Source: Malacoraja senta
Taxonomy: Eukaryota
DNA length: 64,000 bases
Assembly: GCA_038087875.1 (NCBI GenBank)
Contig: CM075985.1
Coordinates: 25,544,001-25,608,000 of the forward strand
Direction: 5' to 3'
This document shows, piece after piece, positions 37,839-49,759 of this stretch. The notes beneath the pieces are model-generated. The model was not told the DNA's origin. It made no database searches and was given only the letters and a program-made list of their open reading frames with translations. Both the position numbers and the translations under genes were made by a program. Each line of letters starts with the position of its first letter. Position 1 is the stretch's first letter.

Positions 37839-39311
37839 CTGGAGAAGAAAATATTATATTCAATCAAGACAGCTAGGTCAATTGGTACACATTTTAGAAA
37901 CCTTGAACAGACGCACATGAGCTGGTACATTTTATTAAAACATTTATTCAGGTGTTATTTTCTTCATCGTATAACAAAGTTGGACTACCTCATTTCTTTC
38001 TCATTGTCAATCAGCAGCTGATCATTTTAGTGCCATTATAAACAATTATGTTCTCTTATGTTCTGATGTCAGATATCATTGAGGCTCAAACATGTCTTCC
38101 AGAAACTGCAGGTGATCAGACATGCCTATTGAAAGGTGTCAAGCTCAGTGCATCTTTTAATATTACTGTGGGCAATTAGAACCATAACGTCTTTCCATAT
38201 TCAGTGCCATCACAAACAATCATGCATTCTTAATGCATTACACTTGACATTTCCCTCATCGTAGAAAAAAGTGGGAGGACTTAGTATGCTGCTAAATTTC
38301 TTTATCTCTGTCAACTAGCATATTAATACTTTTCTGACATCTCAAACATTCCTGCGTTCTTGACACATCAATTGTGGATTTCCTGGGTATTGAACCATGT
38401 CTTGCAGTATGGACTTCATTATGCCATTCTTACTAACAGTATAGTTGCACAATTCATGACAATAATGTAAGCGAAGATGCAAGAATGGAGCCACAGAGCT
38501 GATATTAGAAATGTTGACCCATTGTCCAAAGATTAGCCAATGTTGGGGTCAAGGAAAGAGCGTTCACGTCGCGGCCCTGTTTCCACCAATCTTTCCACCA
38601 CCGCGCACAAGAAGCACAAGAAGTGACAAGTCAGACACCATTGTATGCAGATGCCGGGAAGTGTGTTCAGCTCTGGCTGAACAACTTCTAATCTTGTGTG
38701 TGGGCTCGATAAGAAGATAAGACGATATACTAAATGGAGGCCACATACTTATATGGGGGAGAAAACTGCAAATGCTGGTTTAAATCAAAGGTTGACACAA
38801 AATGCTGGAGTAACTCAACGGGTCAGGAAGCATCTCTGGTGAGATTTCCTTCATATTTATTTAATGTGTCTGATTTGTGAAGGATGATAGGCTTAAACAA
38901 TTTGAATATCATCATGAGCTGTGTTTAATAATATTACTGTTCTTAAATGCCACTAAGCTTGGTATACACAGTTTCAAATGGACCCACAGACCCCAGCAGT
39001 GAAATATTGACCCATTGTCTTATTTCAGTGCCACTGCTAAACAATCTTTTGCTCTTAATGTACCAATTGCGGATTGTATGGAAGTTCATCCGTGTTTTCC
39101 ATAGACTGTATGGTCTACTTTATACCATTATTACTAATAGTGTGTGATGTGTTTGCACACAATGAGCATTTGTGTTCCATTTGTCCAAATGTGCCAGAAC
39201 CTGAAATTGTGTAAAATGTGCTGATTCTAATCATGCTTTAGCTTGTTATTGCTGAATATCAGAAGAAAATGAGAAACAGAAGCCAACAACTCATTTCGAC
39301 ACAAAGTGCTG

Positions 39312-39556
39312 AACAAGGAACTGCAGATGCTGGATTACACAAAATGATCCAAAGTGCTGAAAAAATCAGCATGTCAGGCAGAATCATTGGAGAACATGGA
39401 TAGGTGACGTTTCGGGTCAGGACCCTTCTACAGTTTGAAGAAGAGAGCCGATCCTAAACAACACTTATCCATGTTCTCCAGAGATGCTGCCTGACTCGCT
39501 GATTACTTCAGCATTTTGTGTCATTTTGTGTAATCCAGCATTTGCGGTGCCTTGTT
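39312..39556. mobile_element. Fold-back Penelope terminal-repeat remnant (paralogs near 35095-35340, 43935-44180, 48545-48790, 52700-52945)
   Basis: ~95-bp inverted arms around a spacer containing gacgtttcgggtcaggacccttctacag. Confidence 0.75.
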
Positions 39557-39775
39557 TTCCCCAACTCGGTTACTCCACAATTCCTAAGCTTTTTGAAGAT
39601 TACTTTATAACTTGGTATAATTGGATTGAGCCAAACATTGATATCTTGACGTGTATATTTTCACCTTGTACATCAATAATGTAAGCAAAGAAGCAAGAGG
39701 TAAGTGCTGCTGTTTGAAATGTTGACCCGGTTGTCTTAAGATTTGCCACTGTTTACAGTGAGAGGTTTGACTCAC

Positions 39776-39829
39776 CTGTTGTGGTGGACTCAGTTGTGCC
39801 AGTTGTTGAAGATGTTGTTGGTGTTGTTC
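39776..39829 (-). CDS. Mucin PTS micro-exon (54 nt)
   Basis: GTTPTTSSTTGTTESTTT; cag/gtgagt. Confidence 0.9.
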
Positions 39830-40248
39830 CTGGTGACAGAGTAAAATGCATTTACATCTTGAATTGTAAGAGTCCGTAATCAGCTTCTGTATGACTCATC
39901 ACATTTTCATGAGAGTCGGCTGAATTTTATAAATATTTCATGATGAAATTTAGATTTAAATTGAGAACTTTTGCCAAATTCTGCTTTGTGTGCTTTGGTC
40001 ATCATTTTGTTAGGATGGGATCCATTAAATTCTGAACTTTTCAGTGCATTTTTATCCACCTCCACAGTGATATACAGTATATCAAATAGACTGGTGTGAA
40101 CAAGAAAGATACATTTCTGAAGACAAATATTGACTCCTGCTCTTTCAAAAGTTCACAGTGCTAATGCACAACACATTGCAACTCATCACAATTTTACTAA
40201 CTAGTATGTATCCTGGAACCTATCCATGAGCAAATGCTCTCAGAGTAA

Positions 40249-40566
40249 ATGCTCTCTCCCACTTTCCCGAGTTACTCACGAACTGTGCCGAGTTTTCCCC
40301 TTGATTCGAACTCGGAGAATTACGATAATAGCCATTCGTAGGTACTCGGGGCTATTTTTTAAACTCGTGGACATTTTTCAACATGTTGAAAAAAGTCCCG
40401 ACTTACCTGATGCCCCGAGTTCCTACGGCTGGCATTACGAGCCGCTATGAAACATGTACGGCCTCCTACCAGCTCGCTACCACTATTCCCCGTCATTCCC
40501 CGAGTTTGAATCAAGGGGAAAACTCGGGAGAGTTCGTGAGTAACTCGGGAAATTGGGATAGTGTCT
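40249..40566. mobile_element. Harbinger-type MITE (unit 2)
   Basis: ~75-bp imperfect TIRs (tcccactttcccgagttactcacgaact ... agttcgtgagtaactcgggaaattggga), flanked by TAA/TTA. Confidence 0.8.
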
Positions 40567-40837
40567 TTAGAGTAAAAGTCTGCGGGGCAAAGGGAAGAGT
40601 CTTATCTCTGAAAAGGCACTGCTGCTGAAATTCTTATCCATGTCTATTGAATGCACAATGCACCTTAAAAAAATACTGCTGACAGTCAGAACCACAGACA
40701 CTCACATATTTTCAGTGAGAAACATTAAATTTTAGGAGCAAAACTAATAGGGAAGAATGAAGTATAGAGCTTTATTTTAACAGATCATACAGGTACAGAA
40801 GGATAAGCTAATGTGATTAATAGGTGATGTTACTAAC

Positions 40838-40879
40838 CTGATGTAGTGCTGGTAGTGGTCTCAGTTGTTGGTGTTGTTT
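40838..40879 (-). CDS. Mucin PTS micro-exon (42 nt)
   Basis: ETTPTTETTTSTTS. Confidence 0.88.
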
Positions 40880-41209
40880 CTAGAGAAAGTAAAAAGATTA
40901 TATTTAACCAATGCAGGCAAGATGAATGTCAAAATGAATTGGTATGCAGTTGAGAAACCTTTAATAGGAATTCATGTGCTGGCACATTTTATTAAAATGT
41001 TGTACCAAGTGTTGTTTTCTTAATCATAAATGCAGTTGGTGGGCATACTATACTACTACATGTCTTTCCCTTTGTAGATAGCTGGTAGAGCTGTAGCCGC
41101 ATAGACCAGAGACTCTGGTTCCACCTTGACCGCGGGTGCTGTCTGCGTGCACATTCTCCCTTTTACAGCGTGGATGGCCTCCAGGTATTTGATAGATGTT
41201 GTTACTAAC

Positions 41210-41257
41210 CTGTTGTAGTGCTGGTAGTGGTCCCAGTTGTTAATGTAGTTGTTGTTT
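41210..41257 (-). CDS. Mucin PTS micro-exon (48 nt)
   Basis: ETTTTLTTGTTTSTTT. Confidence 0.88.
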
Positions 41258-41747
41258 CTGGTGAAAGAAAATAATGCTATGGTCAACTAAGGCAGCCAAG
41301 AGAAATAGTTATGCAGTATTGAATCTTCAACAGGAATTCCTGAACTCGATCATTTGATGAAAACGATTTTGAGTTGACATTGTATTAGTGTGTGATGTTT
41401 CTGAAAACAATGTGCATTTATGTTTGCATATCCAAAAGTGACATGATCCACAACCTGCACAAAATTTGGAGGTTATAATTACGTTTTTGCTTGTTCCTGC
41501 TGAGTATACGTGGAAATGAGAAGCAATAAACTCATGTTCTTCCACATTTCCTAAGTTTTTCTAAGATTACATCATAACTTGATATAATTGATTTGAGGCA
41601 AACATTGAAATCTTGACATGTATGTTTGCATCATCTATCTCAATAATGTTAGAAAAGATGCAAGAAGTAAGCCAGGAACCTGCTCTTAGAAGTGTTGACC
41701 CATTGGCTTAAAATTTGTCACTGCTTACTGAAAGTGGTTTGACTCAC

Positions 41748-41810
41748 CTGTTGTGGAACTGGTGGTGGGCTCAGTTGTGCCAGTTGTTGAAGTTGTTGTT
41801 GGGGTTGTTC
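41748..41810 (-). CDS. Mucin PTS micro-exon (63 nt)
   Basis: GTTPTTTSTTGTTEPTTSSTT. Confidence 0.9.
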
Positions 41811-41981
41811 CTGGAGAGAGAGTACAAACATGTTTACGATTTTAATTGCAAGAGCTGCAGCCACATAATGCCAGAGACCCGCGTTCTATCCTGGTTTGTC
41901 TTGCTGTCTGTGTGGTGTTTGCATGTTCTCCCTTTTACCGTGTGGGTTCCCTCCAGGTGTTTGGTAGATGTTGTTACTAAC

Positions 41982-42029
41982 CTGATGTAGTGCTTGTAGT
42001 GGTCCCAGTTGTTGATGTTGGTGTTGTTT
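41982..42029 (-). CDS. Mucin PTS micro-exon (48 nt)
   Basis: ETTPTSTTGTTTSTTS. Confidence 0.88.
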
Positions 42030-42409
42030 CTAGTGAAAGAAAAGAATGCTATGTTCAACCAAGGAAACCAAGAGGAATAGGTACCAAGTAAAGAAACCTC
42101 CAACAGGAATTCATCATCTGCCACATTTTAATAAATTGTTTTACTGTGGTTATTTCCTTCATCGTAGCTTGTGGGAGGGTCTACTTTGCTGCTAATTTCT
42201 TCATCTCTGTCAATCAGCAGTTGACTATTTTGCTCCCATCTCGAACAATCCTACACTCTTGACACTTTGATTGTGGATTTCATGAAGAATTACAAGGCCC
42301 TTTTTATTTCAGAAGGTGTTCTCCTATTTTCCGAGTGAGAATTATGAAATGTTTGCGGCAACACCATGAACAGGCAAGATGGAAATATAGAGCTTCACTT
42401 TGACGTTAC

Positions 42410-42460
42410 CTGATGTAGTGCTGGTTGTGGTCTCAGTTGTTGATGTGGTTGGCTTTGTTT
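42410..42460 (-). CDS. Mucin PTS micro-exon (51 nt)
   Basis: ETKPTTSTTETTTSTTS. Confidence 0.88.
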
Positions 42461-44399
42461 CTGGAGAAGAAAATATTATATTCAATCAAGACAGCTAGGT
42501 CAATTGGTACACATTTTAGAAACCTTGAACAGAAGCACATGAGCTGGTACATTTTATTAAAACATTTATTCAGGTGTTATTTTCTTCATCGTATAACAAA
42601 GTTGGACTGCCTCATTTCTTTCTCATTGTCAACCAGCAGCTGATCATTTTAGTGCCATTATAAACAATTATGTTCTCTTATGTTCTGATGTCAGATATCA
42701 TTGAGGCTCAAACATGTCTTCCAGAAACTGCAGGTGATCAGACATGCCTATTGAAAGGTGTCATGCTCAGTGCATCTTTTAATATTACTGTGGGCAATTA
42801 GAACCATAAAGTCTTTCCATATTCAGTGCCATCACAAACAATCATGCATTCTTAATGCATTACACTTGACATTTCCCTCATCGTAGAAAAAAGTGGGAGG
42901 ACGTAGTATGCTGCTAAATTTCTTTATCTCTGTCAACTAGCATATTAATACTTTTCTGCCATCTCAAACATTCCTGCGTTCTTGACACATCAATTGTGGA
43001 TTTCCTGGGTATTGAACCATGTCTTGCAGTATGGACTTCATTATGCCATTATTACTAACAGTATAGTTGCACAATTCATGACAATAATGTAATCCAAGAT
43101 GCAAGAATGGAGCCACAGAGCTGATATTAGAAATGTTGACCCATTGTCCAAAGATTAGCCAATGTTGGGGTCAAGGAAAGAGCATTCACGTCGCGGCCCT
43201 GTTTCCACCAATCTTTCCACCACCACGCACAAGAAGCACAAGAAGTGACAAGTCAGACACCATTGTATGCAGATGCCGGGAAGTGTGTTCAGCTCTGGCT
43301 GAACAATTTCTAATCTTGTGTGTGGACTCGATAAGAAGATAAGACGATATACTAAATGGAGGCCACATACATATTTGGGGGAGAAAACTTCAGATGCTGG
43401 TTTAAATCAAAGGTTGACACAAAATGCTGGAGTAACTCAACAGGTCAGGAAGCATCTCTGGTGAGATTTCCTTCATATTTATTTAATGTGTCTGATTTGT
43501 GAAGGATGATAGGCTTAAACAATTTGAATATCATCATGAGCTGTGTTTAATAATATTACTGTTCTTAAATGCCACTAAGGTTGGTATACACCGTTTCAAA
43601 TGGACCCACAGACCCCAGCAGTGAAATATTGACCCATTGTCTTATTTCAGTGCCACTCCTAAACAATCATTTGCTCTTAATGCGCCTATTGCGGATTGTA
43701 TGGAAGTTCTTCCGTGTTTTCCATAGACTGTATGGTCTACTTTATACCATTATTACTAATAGTGTGCGATGTGTTTGCACACAATGAGCATTCGTGTTCC
43801 ATTTGTCCAAATGTGCCAGAACCTGAAATAGTGTAAAATGTGCTGATTCTAATCATTCTTTAGCTTGTTATTGCAGAATATCAGAAGAAAATGAGAAACA
43901 GAAGCCAACAACTCAGTTGGACACAAAGTGCTGAACAAGGAACTGCAGATGCTGGATTACACAAAATGACCCAAAGTGCTGAAAAAATCAGCATGTCAGG
44001 CAGAATCATTGGAGAACATGGATAGGTGACGTTTCGGGTCACGACCCTTCTACAGTTTGAAGAAGAGAGCCGATCCTAAACAACACTTATCCATGTTCTC
44101 CAGAGATGCTGCCTGACTCGCTGATTACTTCAGCATTTTGTGTCATTTTGTGTAATCCAGCATTTGCGGTGCCTTGTTTCTGTTCCAACTCGGTTACTCC
44201 ACAATTCCTAAGCTTTTTGAAGATTACTTTATAACTTGGTATAATTGGATTGAGCCAAACATTGAAATCTTGACATGTACATTTTCAACTTGTATATCAA
44301 TAATGTACGCAAAGAAGCAAGAGGTAAGAACTGCTGTTAGAAATGTTGACCCTGTTGTCTTAAGGTTTGCCACTGTTTACAGTGAGTGGTTTGACTCAC

Positions 44400-44453
44400 C
44401 TGTTGTGGTGGACTCAGTTGTGCCAGTTGTTGAAGATGTTGTTGGTGTTGTTC
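44400..44453 (-). CDS. Mucin PTS micro-exon (54 nt)
   Basis: GTTPTTSSTTGTTESTTT. Confidence 0.9.
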
Positions 44454-44873
44454 CTGGTGAGAGATTAAAATGCGTTTACAACATGAATTGTAAGAGTCCG
44501 TAATCAGCTTCTGTATGACTCATCACATTTTCATGAGAGTCGGCTGAATTTTATAAATATTTCATGATGAAATTTAGATTTAAATTTAGAACTTTTGCCA
44601 AATTCTGCTTTGTGTGCTTTGGTCATCATTTTGTTAGGATGGGATCCATTAAATTCTGAACTTTTCAGTTCATTTTAATCCACCTCCACAGTGATATACA
44701 CTATATCAAATAGACTGGTGTGAACAAGAAAAGATACATTTCTGAAGACAAATATTGATTCCTGCTCTTTCAAAAGTTCACAGTGCTAATGCACAACACA
44801 TTGCAACTCATCTCAATTTTATTAACTAGTATGTATCCTGGAACCTATCCATGAGCAAATGCTCTCAGAGTAA

Positions 44874-45192
44874 AGGCCCTCTCCCACTTTCCCGAGTTAC
44901 TCACGAACTGTGCCGAGTTTTCCCCTTGATTCGAACTCGGAGAATTACGATAATAGCCATTCGTAGGTACTCGGCGCTATTATTTAAACTCGTGGACATT
45001 TTTCAACATGTTGAAAAAACGTCCCGACTTACCTGATGCCCCGAGTTCCTACGGCTGGCATTACGAGCCGCTATGAAACATGTACGGCCTCCTACGAGCT
45101 CGCTACCACTATTCCCCGTCATTCCCCGAGTTTTAATCAAAGGGAAAACTCGGGAGAGTTCGTGAGTAACTCGGGAAATTGGGATAGTGTCT
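44874..45192. mobile_element. Harbinger-type MITE (unit 3)
   Basis: TAA|AGGCCCTCTCCCACT ... GGGATAGTGTCT|TTA; same element as at 40249. Confidence 0.8.
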
Positions 45193-45464
45193 TTAGAGTA
45201 AAAGTCTGCTGGGCAAAGGGAAGAGTCTTATCTCTGAAAAGGCACTGCTGCTGAAATTCTTATCCATGTCTATTGAATGCACAATGCACCTTAAAAAAAA
45301 TACTGCTGACAATCAGAACCACAGACTCTCACATATTTTCAGTGAGAAACATTAAATTTTAGGAGCAAAACTAATAGGGAAGAATGAAGTATAGAGCTTT
45401 ATTTTAACAGATCATACAGGTACAGAAGGATAAGCTAATGTGATTAATAGGTGATGTTACTAAC

Positions 45465-45506
45465 CTGATGTAGTGCTGGTAGTGGTCTCAGTTGTTGGTG
45501 TTGTTT
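45465..45506 (-). CDS. Mucin PTS micro-exon (42 nt)
   Basis: ETTPTTETTTSTTS. Confidence 0.88.
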
Positions 45507-45831
45507 CTAGAGAAAGTAAAAAGATTATATTTAACCAATGCAGGCAAGATGAATGTCAAAATGAATTTGGTATGCAGTTGAGAAACCTTTAATAGGAATT
45601 CATGTGCTGGCACATTTTATTAAAATGTTGTACCAAGTGTTGTTTTCTTAATCATAAATGCAGTTGGTGGGCATACTATACATGTCTTTCCCTTTGTAGA
45701 TAGCTGGTAGAGCTGTAGCCGCATAGACCAGAGACTCTGGTTCCACCTTGACCGTGGGTGCTGTCTGCGTGCACATTCTCCCTTTTACAGCGTGGATGGC
45801 CTCCAGGTATTTGATAGATGTTGTTACTAAC

Positions 45832-45879
45832 CTGTTGTAGTGCTGGTAGTGGTCCCAGTTGTTAATGTAGTTGTTGTTT
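45832..45879 (-). CDS. Mucin PTS micro-exon (48 nt)
   Basis: ETTTTLTTGTTTSTTT. Confidence 0.88.
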
Positions 45880-46369
45880 CTGGTGAAAGAAAATAATGCT
45901 ATGGTCAACTAAGGCAGCCAAGAGAAATAGTTATGCAGTATTGAATCTTCAACAGGAATTCCTGAACTGGATCATTTGATGAAAACGATTTTGAGTTGAC
46001 ATTGTATTAGTGTGTGATGTTTCTGAAAACAATGTGCATTTATGTTTGCATATCCAAAAGTGACATGATCCACAACCTGCACAAAATTTGGAGGTTATAA
46101 TTACGCTTTTGCTTGTTCCTGCTGAGTATATGTGGAAATGAGAAGCAATAAACTCATGTTCTTCCACATTTCCTAAGTTTTTCTAAGATTACATCATAAC
46201 TTGATCTAATTGATTTGAGGCAAACATTGAAATCTTGACATGTATGTTTGCATCATCTATCTCAATAATGTTAGAAAAGATGCAAGAAGTAAGCCAGGGA
46301 CCTGATCTTAGAAGTGTTGACCCATTGGCTTAAAATTTGTCACTGCTTACTGAAAGTGGTTTGACTCAC

Positions 46370-46432
46370 CTGTTGTGGAACTGGTGGTGGGCTCAGTTGT
46401 GCCAGTTGTTGAAGTTGTTGTTGGGGTTGTTC
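46370..46432 (-). CDS. Mucin PTS micro-exon (63 nt)
   Basis: GTTPTTTSTTGTTEPTTSSTT. Confidence 0.9.
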
Positions 46433-46603
46433 CTGGAGAGAGAGTACAAACATGTTTACGATTTTAATTGCAAGAGCTGCAGCCACATAATGCCAGAGAC
46501 CCGCGTTCTATCCTGGTTTGTCTTGCTGTCTGTGTGGTGTTTGCACGTTCTCCCTTTAACCGTGTGGGTTCCCTCCAGGTGTTTGGTAGATGTTGTTACT
46601 AAC

Positions 46604-46651
46604 CTGATGTAGTGCTTGTAGTGGTCCCTGTTGTTGATGTTGGTGTTGTTT
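46604..46651 (-). CDS. Mucin PTS micro-exon (48 nt)
   Basis: ETTPTSTTGTTTSTTS. Confidence 0.88.
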
Positions 46652-47032
46652 CTAGTGAAAGAAAAGAATGCTATGTTCAACCAAGGAAACCAAGAGGAAT
46701 AGGTACCAAGTAAAGAAACCTCCAACAGGAATTCATCATCTGCCACATTTTAATAAATTGTTTTACTGTGGTTATTTCCTTCATCGTAGCTTGTGGGAGG
46801 GTCTACTTTGCTGCTACATTTCTTCATCTCTGTCAATCAGCAGTTGACTATTTTGCTCCCATCTCGAACAATCCTACACTCTTGACACTTTGATTGTGGA
46901 TTTCATGAAGAATTACAAGGCCCTTTTTATTTCAGAAGGTGTTCTCCTATTTTCCGAGTGAGAATTATTAAATGTTTGCGGCAACACCATGAACAGGCAA
47001 GACGGAAATATAGAGCTTAACTTTGACGTTAC

Positions 47033-47083
47033 CTGATGTAGTGCTGGTTGTGGTCTCAGTTGTTGATGTGGTTGGCTTTGTTT
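47033..47083 (-). CDS. Mucin PTS micro-exon (51 nt)
   Basis: ETKPTTSTTETTTSTTS. Confidence 0.88.
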
Positions 47084-49008
47084 CTGGAGAAGAAAATATT
47101 ATATTCAATCAAGACAGCTAGGTCAATTGGTACACATTTTAGAAACCTTGAACAGAAGCACATGAGCTGGTACATTTTATTAAAACATTTATTCACGTGT
47201 TATTTTCTTCATTGTATAACAAAGTTGGACTGCCTCATTTCTTTCTCATTGTCAATCAGCAGCTGATCATTTTAGTGCCATTATAAACAATTATGTTCTC
47301 TTATGTTCTGATGTCAGATATCATTGAGGCTCAAACATGTCTTCCAGAAACTGCAGGTGATCAGACATGCCTATTGAAAGGTGTCATGCTCAGTGCATCT
47401 TTTAATATTACTGTGGGCAATTAGAACCATAAAGTCTTTCCATATTCAGTGCCATCACAAACAATCATGCATTCTTAATGCATTACACTTGACATTTCCC
47501 TCATCGTAGAAAAAAGTGGGAGGACGTAGTATGCTGCTAAATTTCTTTATCTCTGTCAACTAGCATTTTAATACTTTTCTGCCATCTCAAACATTCCTGC
47601 GTTCTTGACACATCAATTGTGGATTTCCTGGGTATTGAACCATGTCTTGCAGTATGGACTTCATTATGCCATTATTACTAACAGTATAGTTGCACAATTC
47701 ATGACAATAATGTAATCCAAGATGCAAGAATGGAGCCACAGAGCTGATATTAGAAATGTTGACCCATTGTCCAAAGATTAGCCAATGTTGGGGTCAAGGA
47801 AAGAGCGTTCACGTCGCGGCCCTGTTTCCACCAATCTTTCCACCACCACGCACAAGAAGCACAAGAAGTGACAAGTCAGACACCATTGTATGCAGATGCC
47901 AAGAAGTGTGTTCAGCTCTGGCTGAACAACTTCTAATCTTGTGTGTAGATTCAATAAGATGATAAGACTCGATAAATTAAATGGATGCCACATACTTATT
48001 TGGGGAAAGAACTGCAGATGCTGGTTTAAATCAAAGGTTGACACAAAATGTTGGAGTAACTCAATGGGTCAGGCAGCATCTCTGGAGAAATTTACTTCAT
48101 ATGTATTTTAAGGTGTTTGATTTGTGAATAGGCTTAAACAATTTGAATATCAACATGAGCTGTGTTCAATAATATTATTATTATTAAATGCCACTAAGCT
48201 TGGTATACACAGTTTCAAATGGACACACAGACCCCAGCAGTGAAATATTGACCCATTGTCTTATGTCAGTGCCACTGCTAAACAATCTTTTGCTCTTAAT
48301 GCACCAATTGCGGATTGTATGTAAGTTCAACTGTGTTTTCCATAGACTGTATGGTCTACTTTATACCATTATTACTAATAGTGTGTGATGTGTTTGCCCA
48401 CAATGAGCATTTGTGTTCCATTTGTCCAAATGTGCCAGAACCTGAAATTGCATAAAATGTGCTGATTCTAATCATGCTTTAGCTTGTTATTGCAGAATAT
48501 CAGAAGAAAACGAGAAGCCAACATTTCATTTGGACACAAAGTGCTGAACAAGAAACTGCAGATGCTGGATTACACAAAATGACCCAAAGTGCTGGAAAAA
48601 TCAGAATGTCAGGCAGCATCACTGGAGAAAGTGGATAGGTGATGTTTCGGGTCAGGACCCTTCTACAGTTTGAAGAAGAGAGCCGATCCTAAACAACACT
48701 TATCCATGTCACCCCGAGATGCTGCCTGACTCGATGATTACTTTAGCACTTTGTGTAATTTTGTGTAATCCAGCATCTGCGGTTCCTTGTTTCTGTTCCA
48801 TTTCAGTTCCTCCGCAATTCCTAAGCATTTTGAAGATTACATCATAACTTGGTATAATTGTATTGTGCCAAACATTTAAATCTTGACATGTATATTTTCA
48901 CCTCGTACGTCAATAGTGTAAGCAGAGAAGCAAGAAGAGGTGCTGTTAGAAATGTTGACCCTGTTGTCTTAAGGTTTGTCATTATTTACAATAAGTGTTT
49001 TGACTCAC

Positions 49009-49062
49009 CTGTTGTGGTGGACTCAGTTGTGCCAGTTGTTGAAGATGTTGTTGGTGTTGTTC
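49009..49062 (-). CDS. Mucin PTS micro-exon (54 nt)
   Basis: GTTPTTSSTTGTTESTTT. Confidence 0.9.
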
Positions 49063-49708
49063 CTGGTGAGAAAGTAAAATGGAATTGTAAGAGTCCATAA
49101 TCAGCTTCTGTATGACAGCACATTTCATGAGGATAGGCTGAATTTTAGAAATATTCAATGGTGAAATTTAGCCAAATTCTGCTGTCTCCTTTGCTCATCA
49201 TTTTGTTAGGATGTGATCCATTAGATTCTGAACTTTTCAGTGCATTTTTATCCACCTCAACAGTGATATACAGTATATAAAATAGACTGAAGTGTGAACA
49301 AGCAAATATACTTTTCTGAAGAAAAATATTGACTCCTGATCTTCCAAAAGTTCACAGTCCTAATGCACAGTACTTTGCAACTCATCTCAATTTTTCTAAC
49401 TAGTGTGTATCTTGGAACATAGACTGTTTACTAACCTATCCATGAGCAAATGCTCTTAGATTTAGTAAAAGTCTGCTGGGCAAAGGGAAGAGTCTTTTCT
49501 CTGAAAAGGCACTGCTGCTGAAATTCTTATCCATGTCTATTGAATGCTCAATGCTCTTTTAAAAAATACTGCTGACAGTCAGAACCACATAGACTCTCGC
49601 ATAATTTCACAATGAGAAACTTGTAGAGCTGTCGCCGCATAGACCAGAGACTCTGGTTCCACCTTGACCTCGGGTGCTGTCTGCGTGCACGTTCTCACTT
49701 TTACTAAC

Positions 49709-49759
49709 CTGATGTAGTACTGGTCGTGGTTTCCGTTGTTGTTGTAGTGGCCGTTGTTT
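49709..49759 (-). CDS. Mucin PTS micro-exon (51 nt)
   Basis: ETTATTTTTETTTSTTS; tag/gttagt. Confidence 0.87.

Larger units (their letters stand above)
35300..49620. repeat. Tandem array of ~4.2-4.6-kb units (three complete plus partial), each with six PTS micro-exons
   Basis: The 54-nt exon recurs at 35541, 39776, 44400 and 49009 (periods 4235, 4624, 4609); intronic ORFs recur near-identically in the ORF track. Confidence 0.97.

Noticed and set aside
35300-49620. Recurring 60-100 aa ORFs in the repeat units; regular spacing resembling a CRISPR-type array
   Set aside because: They are intronic or antisense to micro-exons and recur only because of tandem duplication; there is no repeat-spacer structure or cas gene, and the DNA is eukaryotic
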